DNA of 64,000 bases from an uncultured virus (IMG/VR IMGVR_UViG_3300020196_000019) (lineage: Duplodnaviria; Heunggongvirae; Uroviricota; Caudoviricetes). Position 1 is the stretch's first letter; the number at the start of each line of letters is the position of its first letter. The translations under genes and the position numbers were made by a program. The stretch lies in IMG/VR virus record IMGVR_UViG_3300020196_000019. One strand, 5' to 3'. The notes beneath the pieces were generated by a model. The model searched no databases, was not told where the DNA came from, and was given only the letters and a program-made list of their open reading frames with translations. Below, one piece after another: positions 1-9,144 of this stretch.

Positions 1-1040
1 GGGGTCATCAGTTCCGGGCTTGAGAAAGCTGCGGCCAACTGTTCGGGATCGTTTATGTCAATTCCGTCAAAGCCGGGTGTGGGATCTTTAAGAAGAGGTT
101 GTCCGTTTTTAGCCCGGATTTCATTCTTTGCACGGATGTCTCTTTGAACGGCTCCGCTAAGCAAGCCCAGCAGAGTATTTGAATACTCTAACTCGTAGGA
201 AGACAAGCCTGTAGCCGTGGATACCCCCGCACGAAAGCCGTACCCCGCCCCCGTTACGGCCCCCGGAACTGCGCCCACCCCGCCAACAACCGCCCCAACC
301 CCGGCCCCAATGCCAGCCCCAGCCGCAGTTTGTCCGGCTACAACGTCTGCCTGTGTGGCAAGCTTTGGAAACAGCATTGCCATTTGCTCAGTCATTGCCG
401 TAGTAAAATTGGGCAGTACTGACTTAGAATAAAAAATGTCTCCGGGGGTTTCAGCGGGAGCGGGAAGTAAGGATATTTCTTCGTTTAAACGCTTAATGTC
501 GTTGGCAGCTTTAAGGGCTCCTTCTCGATCTCCGTTGTCTGTTGCCTTTTGAAGAGCTTCGGTAGCTTCTGAAAGTTTATAGTTTTTATATCCAAAGGCT
601 GCGGCTTGTTTGGTTCTCTCCCAATCAAAGACGTATTTTTCCAAAACGTTTCTGTCCGGACGATTTAGCCCGTAGGCTTTTTCGATTGTTTTAAATTGTC
701 CGTTTAATTGATCTAAGCCTGTTGCCGTGGCCAAAGCTCCTGTCGGCTCTAGCTTTTGAACTGTTTGTCCTCTCCAAGTATCGAAGAGGTCTTTCTTTTG
801 TTCTAGGTCGGCCTTATCGAAGTTAACTTTTGCCGAATAGTCTTCCCAAGTTTCAATTTCGGGGAACCCAGCGTCAGTTTGAACATCTGGTTCTGGCGCA
901 ACTTGTTCCTCTTCCGTAGTGTCAGGAATGTTGGCAATGTATTTATTGATTTCCGGGGCAAGGGCATCAAGTTCTTCCTGAGTAAGATTGTCGGGTATGT
1001 CAAACTCGACATTGCCCTTGCCGGGTACGTTTACCAACAT
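1..1040 (-). CDS. Large internal virion (DNA ejection) protein, N-terminal part, truncated by window edge
   Basis: Absent from the ORF track because it has no stop in the window. ATG at 1040 overlaps the upstream stop (TAATG); the frame is open to the edge (MLVNVPGKGNVEFDIPDNL...) with a Gly/Ala-rich hydrophobic stretch. Position follows two ejection-like genes. Confidence 0.65.
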   Translation of the reverse strand, partial: MLVNVPGKGNVEFDIPDNLTQEELDALAPEINKYIANIPDTTEEEQVAPEPDVQTDAGFPEIETWEDYSAKVNFDKADLEQKKDLFDTWRGQTVQKLEPTGALATATGLDQLNGQFKTIEKAYGLNRPDRNVLEKYVFDWERTKQAAAFGYKNYKLSEATEALQKATDNGDREGALKAANDIKRLNEEISLLPAPAETPGDIFYSKSVLPNFTTAMTEQMAMLFPKLATQADVVAGQTAAGAGIGAGVGAVVGGVGAVPGAVTGAGYGFRAGVSTATGLSSYELEYSNTLLGLLSGAVQRDIRAKNEIRAKNGQPLLKDPTPGFDGIDINDPEQLAAAFSSPELMT

Positions 1041-2578
1041 TACTTAGGTTTAGCGGTGTTGTTAGTGCTTGTCGAGCCGGGACTTTTGAGGTCTACAACA
1101 ACCTTTCCGTCGGCCTGTTTTACGAACCGAATTACCGCAACAGGATTAGTTGACGCAGGGACAGGTATAGATGGCTGGTACGCCGTTGGCGTATTTACGC
1201 GAGTTCCCGTAGCCGATGGGGCGGACTGAGGAGCTCTTTGGATGACGTTCGGAACGCTAGAAGACCCTCCTTGCCCCGAAACCGCCTCTTGTACCTGTCT
1301 ATCTTTGCCGGAAAGAGGCATATTTTGAGTGCGCTTGAGGTCTAAAAGTTGCTGTTCAAGAACTTTGTTTTCTTGAATCAAATCGTCAATTCCTTTTCCG
1401 GTGGAAGTGCCGTCTTTATTTTTTGTTTCGAGGGCAGATCCGGTTTTGCCTTCCTCTTTTCTTTTTTTAAGAATTTCAATGTCAGCTTGATTCTGAGTAA
1501 TTCTGTCCTCAATTTCTACGGCTTGTTTCTCTCTTGCCCCACGTATTTCTGCCGCTCCGGGTGCAGCGGCAAGCTTTGGCGCTTCTCCTTTTACCTTTAC
1601 ACCTTCTGGCCCAGAACTGACCTCTGTTACGCCAAGATTTGGATTGGCTTCTTGAACAACTTTTTGACCTTCTCTTGCTTCCCGAAGCTTTCTAAGTTGT
1701 CCTAGGTTAAACGAATCTAATCTTGTTCCGAGGTTTGCTATGGCAACCGGATCAGGATTGGCGTAATCCGAGTTCAGGCTGTATTTTTGAATTTCGGCTC
1801 GAAGGGCAACCGCTTCGTTAAATTTTTCTGCTGGTAAATAATCTTTGTAAGACATAAGTTCATCGGCGGCAATCTGAGTTTCGGTAAGATCTTTAATTGC
1901 AGAATCGCGAAGCTTCCCTATATGGGTTCCCCTAGCCTCTGCGCGGGCATCAGAGATCATTTTTTCGACTGCGGCCCGCAACTCAACGCTGTCTCGGGGT
2001 TGCCCGTAAGAATCTTTATAAAGAGATAAACTTCTTTCCGGTTGTAGGGCTTCCAACTCTTTTAGCGCGAGTCTTCCATCCTCCCCGCCTTGCATAATTC
2101 GAACGCGTAGGGGATTCAAAACATTGTCCCTAAAATCGTAAATCTTTGGCGTACCCTCCCCGACCGCTAGATACTCATTATTTCTTTGCAAATACGACAA
2201 CTGCGCATCCTGTTGTTTAATTCGAACTGTTTCTGCGGCATCTCGTCGTTCCGCAAATTCCCGCATTTGATCTAAGGCGGCGTGCTGTCGAAGAGTGGCA
2301 AAGAAACTGTTTCCTTGTGCATCTTTCCCCGGATAAAGCAGATCTTTAATTTTTTGCTGCTTGGCCTCGTCTTCAATTTGCTGCATTTGACGCAAAATCT
2401 GAATCTGCTGAAGTTGATTCTGTTGCAGGGCCCCGACGTTTTGAATCTGCCCTAGGGTAGCTTGGTTCTGTCGAATTTGCTGATCGGTAAAGTAATTTGG
2501 GTTCCCCGGATCTTGGAAGTTCTGCTGGTTTAAACGGAAGGCTTCCTGTAGGAAGCCCGAATTAAAGTTTGGGTTCAT
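1040..2578 (-). CDS. Putative internal virion/ejection protein
   Basis: 512 aa, Gln-rich and helical/coiled-coil; podovirus position after the tail genes. Confidence 0.5.
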   Translation of the reverse strand: MNPNFNSGFLQEAFRLNQQNFQDPGNPNYFTDQQIRQNQATLGQIQNVGALQQNQLQQIQILRQMQQIEDEAKQQKIKDLLYPGKDAQGNSFFATLRQHAALDQMREFAERRDAAETVRIKQQDAQLSYLQRNNEYLAVGEGTPKIYDFRDNVLNPLRVRIMQGGEDGRLALKELEALQPERSLSLYKDSYGQPRDSVELRAAVEKMISDARAEARGTHIGKLRDSAIKDLTETQIAADELMSYKDYLPAEKFNEAVALRAEIQKYSLNSDYANPDPVAIANLGTRLDSFNLGQLRKLREAREGQKVVQEANPNLGVTEVSSGPEGVKVKGEAPKLAAAPGAAEIRGAREKQAVEIEDRITQNQADIEILKKRKEEGKTGSALETKNKDGTSTGKGIDDLIQENKVLEQQLLDLKRTQNMPLSGKDRQVQEAVSGQGGSSSVPNVIQRAPQSAPSATGTRVNTPTAYQPSIPVPASTNPVAVIRFVKQADGKVVVDLKSPGSTSTNNTAKPK

Positions 2579-2581
2579 AGA

Positions 2582-3796
2582 TTAATTTCCAAAGGCTGAT
2601 CCGGCGTTAGTTCGGCTTTGCGTCCCAAAGGTAAAGGCGTTTCCAAGGAAATCTCCGTAGGCTTCAAACATATTCATAGGCTTCCCGCGCCCGATGCCTC
2701 CACCCCCGAAGGCGTTGAAAGAATAACCGGGATCGTAGAACGGCGCGGGGGCGGTTCCCCCACCCATCACTACGGGCATTGTTGAGGCTCCTGTGGGAGC
2801 GGTAGTCAAAAACTTCTGCTGATTCGCCCCTAGGAAGAGAGGGTTGGTAGCCCCGAGTTCTTGCATCCCGGCAGTTGCAGATTGCATCATCGGCCCGCTA
2901 CCAAGCATTTGATACGGTATACTTTGAAATTGGGCGAGCGGTTGCGTCGGGAAACCTTGCCATCCTCCCCCCATCCCTCCTCCTCCACCTCCACCCCCAC
3001 CTCCTCCAAATCCTCCAAACCCTCCAAACCCACCGCCGCCCCCCAATCCTGTCTGTCCGCCAAAGCCTAGAGCCCCCAATCCTTGTTGCGCTAGGCCACC
3101 AGCAAGACCCCCCGCAAACATATTTGCAGCCCCGCTAATGGCATTAAATGGAGCCGTCACCACGGAGCTTAGCATATTGAAGGGAGCCGAAACAATTGAA
3201 CCAATGGTGTTACTAATTAATCTTTCGAAGGGGCTACGTTTTTGAGCGTTGTAGTACGCGATTTGTTTGTTTTGATTTCGAATGTTGTTGTTGTAAAAAG
3301 CTTCTTGGTCAATGCGGTTTGCAAGAGTTCCAAAGTCTACTCGAAACTGTGAACCCGTTCCTTCGGGAGTCATTGCTCGGGCCATATCTAGCATTGAGGA
3401 TGCGTAATTTTGCCCTTGTTGTTGCAATTCAAGACGGGTGAGGCCGAGGTTTTGGAGGACATCGAAGTTCGTCATTTCCCCGCCGCCAACCCCTCTTCCC
3501 GCCAAACCCAAATACGCCGCGTCTTTTTGGAGGTTTAAACGTGTGTCCCCCGGAACTTCACCCCTCTGGAAAGAATCGGTAATGCTTCCGTATTTTGTAA
3601 GCCTTGAATCTAGGCCGGGAATAGCGTTATAAAGTTGCTTTTGATACGCCTTGTTAAATTCGTCGGCTAAGGCTTGGTAGCGATTCCAAGGCTGGGCAAG
3701 ATACTCGCTATTAATAAGATCGGCGTTTGTGCGTAGACGAATTTCGTCATACATCTGCATCATCGGCCCACGGCTAAAAAAGTCGAAGAAACCCAT
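2582..3796 (-). CDS. Putative DNA pilot/ejection protein
   Basis: 404 aa with Gly/Ala/Gln-rich amphipathic segments and poly-Gly, typical of the small ejection proteins. Confidence 0.5.
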   Translation of the reverse strand: MGFFDFFSRGPMMQMYDEIRLRTNADLINSEYLAQPWNRYQALADEFNKAYQKQLYNAIPGLDSRLTKYGSITDSFQRGEVPGDTRLNLQKDAAYLGLAGRGVGGGEMTNFDVLQNLGLTRLELQQQGQNYASSMLDMARAMTPEGTGSQFRVDFGTLANRIDQEAFYNNNIRNQNKQIAYYNAQKRSPFERLISNTIGSIVSAPFNMLSSVVTAPFNAISGAANMFAGGLAGGLAQQGLGALGFGGQTGLGGGGGFGGFGGFGGGGGGGGGGGMGGGWQGFPTQPLAQFQSIPYQMLGSGPMMQSATAGMQELGATNPLFLGANQQKFLTTAPTGASTMPVVMGGGTAPAPFYDPGYSFNAFGGGGIGRGKPMNMFEAYGDFLGNAFTFGTQSRTNAGSAFGN

Positions 3797-3802
3797 AAAT
3801 CA

Positions 3803-3830
3803 GTTCTATATTAAGGTTTTAAACCGTCAA
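3803..3830 (-). promoter_or_regulatory. Sigma70-like promoter, probably leaderless
   Basis: TTGACG-N16-TAGAAC, 6 nt upstream of the ATG at 3796. Confidence 0.4.
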
Positions 3831-3840
3831 CTCTCATCGT

Positions 3841-6800
3841 TTAAACCGGATTGCCCCAACCGAAGTCTTTAAAAGTGCCGTTTCGCAAAGACTTATACAT
3901 TTGTAAAAGTTCAGGTTGTGAGGCAACATCGCTTATTTGAGCCAAAAACGCAACGTCAATTGGGCAGCTAACTCGATATAAGGGATGCGATCTCGATGGA
4001 ATTGGAATTGCACCCTGCCAAAAGTTTTTATTTGAGTATCCGCTTTTTTCATAGATAAATTGATTCTCGGTCAGGGGAAGTCCAACCCCAAAAGTTCTTC
4101 CGTATCGGTTTGTGTTAGTTCCCATTTTTGGGAAACCCCGGATAATTTTCATAGAATTTTGGCTGGGATTTGCGGCCACTATTTGATCGGTTCCCTGTCC
4201 GATGAAAAAAGAAACTTCAGTTTGCCGCATATCATTTAAAAAAGTTTGAGTTGGCGCAAACCCGCTCTGACCGTTGAGATAAAAATTTAATGCCGGGGTT
4301 GCTGTCTGCCTAGTTTGCATATTAATATCAGACATTATCGTTGTACCGTCATTCTCGGTTGTTTTAAATGTCATTGCTAAAAAATACCATTGTCTAGTTT
4401 TAAATTTTTTAGGCAAAACCACATTTGCATCAAAGCCCGGAACTCGGGTCGGTTCAGAGGCGGTTCCTCCGTAAGACACTCCGCTTCCGTTGTTGACCAT
4501 ATTTAAAAAAGGTCCGGGATTGGTGAAAAATATTTCACGATCCTCTTCGGTGTAATTTTTACTGTACAAAAGCCAACCTAAACCGTTGTCTCTAAAAAAG
4601 ATATCGGAAGTTTGCCCGGGGAATCTTGTCTGTAAAAGTTGGAAATCTATCCCTTGACCCATTAAAACTTGTGGAGTGTTTTCATCTGCAACCGCGCCGT
4701 TAGTTGGGCGATTTTCAGCCCAATCTGTTCTGAATCTAAAAACGAGTATAATTGTGTTTTTGTTTGTGGGAATTACGGCTTGAAGATCTTCCGTTGGGTC
4801 GAAAATGTTTGTTTGTTTTGGAACGATGGCGTTAAAAGACCAATTAAAATTTTGAGTTGGCGACAAGTTATCGTCTGTAATTGTGGCATTTTCAAAATTT
4901 GGTCCGGCCATTGCCGCGTAATATTTGTTCAATTGAACATTTTGAGATTCTTCAGAGGTGGCTGGAATTGTCCTTAGCCATACCATACCCGGCTTTGCCG
5001 GAGAAACATTGGCGTATCGCCCTTTATACGTGTTTGATGTTACGGGGCTAGTAATTCTTAAAAGAGGTTGGAATATATCTCCAAAAAACACATTAAATTG
5101 ATTTGCGGAAGACTTTAAAGTTCCCCCGCCAGCAAAAACAAATTTATTCCCGGCGGTGTAGAATTTATCTAAGGCTACAACGGCAACGTCTTCAAGCGTT
5201 GCTCCTCGGGATTCCACTTCTCGATTGTGTTTGAATACTTGTTCTTCAAAAGTATTTGCGGGCAAAAATCCTGTCACGGCTCCAATTTTTAATCTAAAAA
5301 AATGCGTTAATTCTTTTTCTTTGTTGAAATATTCGTAAAAAGGACTTATTACTGAGCCTTCTCCTAAAACCGGATTTTTGACCAAAGCGGAGCCTGTTCC
5401 AAACGCAAGCATTCTTTGAATCTCTAAAGAGCCGTTAATTTGAACTTCCCCGGGGAAAGAGATTCCCATAACAATTCCAGATTGATTCCTAGTAATTCTA
5501 TTCCACAGGGATCTCGTGCTTGTTCCGAAAGTATCTCCGTGCTGTACAGAAGGCATTGAGGCAGAGGAGTAACCCCGAATAAATTGTCTGGCCGTAAATG
5601 CTCGTGCCCCGGCTTGCAATTTTGTGTTCGGAAAATTATTGATAATTCCGGCTTGCCGATTTCCCCAAGAAAAAGCATTTTCAAAATGGTACATAACAGA
5701 GTAATTTACGTCGTCTTTTCCGTATAAATAAAAACCTTTAAAATTGCCGTCGTTCACGTCTTCGCCCACAATTAAATCTTTGTAGAATTTCGGGATTTTA
5801 GTACTATGGTCTAAAATTGTTAAGTTAATACTTTCCCCTTGTCTAAATTTTTCAGAGTAAAAAGGAAATACTGAAATTTCAATATTTGGGTTAGTAATTA
5901 AGACCGTTGAAGACTCGGTACTGGATACGTTTTGATAGGTGAAAATTCTGTTTCTACGGTCAACTGAAAAAAGTCGATAAGCTCCGCTAAAATCGGCTAA
6001 AGGTCCTGTAGCGCGGACAACAATAGGCTGATTTCTTACAATTCTATCGTCCGCAGGATTATCTATTGCTAGATTAGGGTCTCCCAAATAGTCAAAAGTG
6101 CTTTTTAAAACAACAGTTGTAAGGTTATTTGTTCTTTGAACAGAGGCGATTTGCGATGCCGGAATAAGAAAATCTGTGTAGCATTTAAATTTTCTAGAAA
6201 CTTTTTTAACAATTTTGCAATTTGTCGCTGTTGCCCCATTGGCCAACAGCCATTCAAAAGAATCTCCTGATCCGCGAACTAAATCTAGCTCGTAGATAAA
6301 AGAACCCAACTTCTCAACAGTCTTAAACTCGGACTCCCAAAAATCGTAGGTAGAGAAAAAGGGTCCGTTAACTTGCATATTTGTTCTTTGTTTTTTAATT
6401 GGGGGTTGCCCAGCTTGCTGCTGTTCCTCCCATTCAACTGTCACGGAATCAAAATCGCTGATGCGCTCTTCCGCTTTGTTTTCGTACAAAGGTCTGCTTT
6501 GATTGTTGATAAACACATAAGCACTAGAAGTTGCGGAATCTCCGTTTGTGGGGCCTAAATTTATTTTGCAGGTAGTCAAACTTGTTGGATAAAAAGTTAT
6601 ATTTTCTGGGGTAAGCCCTAGTTTCGTCCCCAAGCTATTATAAATTACTCTGTTTTTAAATGCCATTTCCAAATCGGTTAGTCCGCTTACAGGAACAATC
6701 AAGCCAACAGTAGATTTCATTGTAGTATTGGGAAAAATTTTGGACAAAAGATCTGCTAAATTTTTTATTTTTACAAAAAAATTGTCTATTTGAGTTTGTA

Positions 6801-7023
6801 AAGAGCTTCTAAGATTTCTTATTCCAAACATATCCTTAAGACTCAAAAATCTTCCTGTTCCCTCCGGATTAAGGGAATCGTTATTGGCTATCGATTTAAG
6901 TACGGAAAAAATATAATTAGGGAAACCTAAATTTGCCAAAGCCTTTCGTCGGCCCAAAATTCCTCCCGCGAGGTCGGTAAGTTTGGCTGTTAAAGACAAC
7001 CCAAGTAAACTTCGTAGCGCCAT
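3841..7023 (-). CDS. Large virion/tail protein with C-terminal concanavalin/LamG-like domain
   Basis: 1060 aa, beta-rich; C-terminal QWYFLAMTF...LNFYLNG resembles LamG-like strands. Confidence 0.5.
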   Translation of the reverse strand: MALRSLLGLSLTAKLTDLAGGILGRRKALANLGFPNYIFSVLKSIANNDSLNPEGTGRFLSLKDMFGIRNLRSSLQTQIDNFFVKIKNLADLLSKIFPNTTMKSTVGLIVPVSGLTDLEMAFKNRVIYNSLGTKLGLTPENITFYPTSLTTCKINLGPTNGDSATSSAYVFINNQSRPLYENKAEERISDFDSVTVEWEEQQQAGQPPIKKQRTNMQVNGPFFSTYDFWESEFKTVEKLGSFIYELDLVRGSGDSFEWLLANGATATNCKIVKKVSRKFKCYTDFLIPASQIASVQRTNNLTTVVLKSTFDYLGDPNLAIDNPADDRIVRNQPIVVRATGPLADFSGAYRLFSVDRRNRIFTYQNVSSTESSTVLITNPNIEISVFPFYSEKFRQGESINLTILDHSTKIPKFYKDLIVGEDVNDGNFKGFYLYGKDDVNYSVMYHFENAFSWGNRQAGIINNFPNTKLQAGARAFTARQFIRGYSSASMPSVQHGDTFGTSTRSLWNRITRNQSGIVMGISFPGEVQINGSLEIQRMLAFGTGSALVKNPVLGEGSVISPFYEYFNKEKELTHFFRLKIGAVTGFLPANTFEEQVFKHNREVESRGATLEDVAVVALDKFYTAGNKFVFAGGGTLKSSANQFNVFFGDIFQPLLRITSPVTSNTYKGRYANVSPAKPGMVWLRTIPATSEESQNVQLNKYYAAMAGPNFENATITDDNLSPTQNFNWSFNAIVPKQTNIFDPTEDLQAVIPTNKNTIILVFRFRTDWAENRPTNGAVADENTPQVLMGQGIDFQLLQTRFPGQTSDIFFRDNGLGWLLYSKNYTEEDREIFFTNPGPFLNMVNNGSGVSYGGTASEPTRVPGFDANVVLPKKFKTRQWYFLAMTFKTTENDGTTIMSDINMQTRQTATPALNFYLNGQSGFAPTQTFLNDMRQTEVSFFIGQGTDQIVAANPSQNSMKIIRGFPKMGTNTNRYGRTFGVGLPLTENQFIYEKSGYSNKNFWQGAIPIPSRSHPLYRVSCPIDVAFLAQISDVASQPELLQMYKSLRNGTFKDFGWGNPV

Positions 7024-7030
7024 AAATTTA

Positions 7031-8011
7031 CTATAGCCCCGGAATTCCGGGTGTGTAAACCGGAAGTTTTAACACAATTTCTCCAATCATAATATCATAA
7101 TGCTGAATTTTTGTGTTCGGTGTAGCCTCCGAAAGATTTTTAATTTCCTGAAAAGTTTGAGTGTTATTTTCGTAGTATTGATTCGCCACAGTAATTCCGT
7201 TTCTCACCGTCAAGCTTCCCTCAATCAAAACTGTGTTTTTAGGGCCCGGGGGAGATATTTGTATTTTGTCAGCGTCCCCCTGTTGTCCATCGATTACCGA
7301 CCAAGATTGAATTGTTGAGCCAGTTCCAAAGTCTTGACTAAGTGAGGGGGACAATTCTATTTCCCCTCTCCAAAATTGTGTGGCGACAAAAGAACCCTTA
7401 GCAGTTACATTAGCTTCCGGGAGAGTATTCTCAGAAAGTTTTAAGCTCGCTACATTTTGAATAGAATCTGCTTGAGTATTTGCCGCGTCAATTTCTAATT
7501 GAACGTCGATTTGCGAAGCAACACTATTGCCCCCGGAATACCCCACCATACAGGCAAAATCGTTTCGTATCCAAGGTTCCGTGTCGTCCGCGATGGCTCT
7601 CAAGATTGGAAGCATATCCGGGTCTACGTTTAAATTTTTCCAAGCATCTAGCTGAAGTTGTGGGTCCTCGGCTAATTCACTTAAATGATTATCGTTAGTG
7701 AAGCCCCGTTTTCTGACAGCCACCTCAATGTCTACGTAGTCTTCCCCAAAACTGTTTGACGCAACAATTCGATAAGTAAAAACTCCCGCTGTTTTAACTA
7801 TTCCGGATAGTTTTCCGGTAAGTCTTTCAAAATTTAAATCCGCAACCGGAGCCTCGCTAATTGTAAAATAAGAAGCTGCTCCGGCCCTAGGAGACAATCT
7901 GGTTTCGTAGACAAACTTTTTCCCGGTAAGAGTAGTTAAAAAATCTTTCTTACGCAAAATATCCCCGCTTTTTGGGATAATAATTGGGGCGTTGGAAACA
8001 AGAGCGGCCAT
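7031..8011 (-). CDS. Virion protein with putative Ig-like (He_PIG-type) domain
   Basis: LNFERLTGKLSG...GVFTYRIVASNSFG motif. Confidence 0.5.
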   Translation of the reverse strand: MAALVSNAPIIIPKSGDILRKKDFLTTLTGKKFVYETRLSPRAGAASYFTISEAPVADLNFERLTGKLSGIVKTAGVFTYRIVASNSFGEDYVDIEVAVRKRGFTNDNHLSELAEDPQLQLDAWKNLNVDPDMLPILRAIADDTEPWIRNDFACMVGYSGGNSVASQIDVQLEIDAANTQADSIQNVASLKLSENTLPEANVTAKGSFVATQFWRGEIELSPSLSQDFGTGSTIQSWSVIDGQQGDADKIQISPPGPKNTVLIEGSLTVRNGITVANQYYENNTQTFQEIKNLSEATPNTKIQHYDIMIGEIVLKLPVYTPGIPGL

Positions 8012-8014
8012 ATA

Positions 8015-9136
8015 CTAATTTAACCTTTCTGTTTTTACAAAAAACAATCTTCCCGGCTCGCTTGCCGACCTAACAATTAACATAGCTCCGGTATCGGAAT
8101 TTACGGCGGACGGTCTTTCTTTTAACCCTCCTTGACCTGTTGTGGGTACTGAAATATTGAATTGATTGCCGATACGAAGAAAGTCTATAAAAACGTTTGG
8201 AGGTTCTTCCGGAGTAGCATTCGGGTCGTTTGGAAAAAAATTAGGTATTCTCGGACTTACAATCTGACTAGAATCAAGATTAGAGTAAGGTTTCAGTTCC
8301 CAATACCCAAAAGTACCCATATCCTCGCCAACCGGAACTGCTTCCGCGCCAGTTCCGTCTTTTAAGAAAAATTGATTCGCATAGGCTGGGCCGTACATTC
8401 CGTAAGGAGTGTTAAACGTAGGAATTGCTTTTTCAATTGCGTTGGCAGATCTTTCGTTGAAAGATTTAAAACTAGACCTAAGATTTTCGATAACACTTAA
8501 AACTTTTCCCTTAAAATTTTTAATGCGCCCAAGCACGTTTAAAGTTAAAAAACTCGATGCCTTTGGAATAGTTGGAGATGTCTGCGCAAATCCGAACTCG
8601 ATAGGCAGTCCGGACGGTTCGTGAGCTCTATCAGAGGCAATTGCGTATACGTCAGTTGCAGTTACAAAACTGTCCGGGGAATTTACCCCGTCTTTTAAAG
8701 TTGTGCCTTGTAAAAGATTAAATAAAACCCCAGCTTGCTCCCCGATTCCCCTTAAAAAATATTCTTTTAACGCAAAATCTACACGAAGACCTCGCGTTGT
8801 TTTTCTGGCTGGTTGCTCCGGAAGTCCGATATTTCTTGGGCGATAGGGGGGAGAAACCTGTGTCCCGGCTTTTGAATCTACTCTCACATAATAAACTGTA
8901 GAAGGAAGCAAATTAGTAACTTCCCAACGAAGACCGGAAATTAATTTTCCATTATAACCCGGATGAAAATTAGATAAAGTATACAAAGTTTCGCCGTCGG
9001 AAAGCTCGGTTTCTGTTAGAGTTCTAGCTACGTACAATACATAGTTTGAGGCTCCCGGCACGGAGGTCCAACTTGCCACAAAAGAAGTTGGGGTAACGTT
9101 TGTAAACGGTTGCAAAATAGGGACGTTCAAGGACAT
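8015..9136 (-). CDS. Virion protein with N-terminal fibronectin type III domain
   Basis: TNVTPTSFVASWTSVPGASNYVLYV...VTNLLPSTVYYVRV is an FN3 signature. Confidence 0.65.
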   Translation of the reverse strand: MSLNVPILQPFTNVTPTSFVASWTSVPGASNYVLYVARTLTETELSDGETLYTLSNFHPGYNGKLISGLRWEVTNLLPSTVYYVRVDSKAGTQVSPPYRPRNIGLPEQPARKTTRGLRVDFALKEYFLRGIGEQAGVLFNLLQGTTLKDGVNSPDSFVTATDVYAIASDRAHEPSGLPIEFGFAQTSPTIPKASSFLTLNVLGRIKNFKGKVLSVIENLRSSFKSFNERSANAIEKAIPTFNTPYGMYGPAYANQFFLKDGTGAEAVPVGEDMGTFGYWELKPYSNLDSSQIVSPRIPNFFPNDPNATPEEPPNVFIDFLRIGNQFNISVPTTGQGGLKERPSAVNSDTGAMLIVRSASEPGRLFFVKTERLN

Positions 9137-9144
9137 AGGTTACT

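Noticed and set aside
2960..3050. C-rich tract as a regulatory or G4 element
   Set aside because: It encodes the poly-Gly segment of the ejection protein
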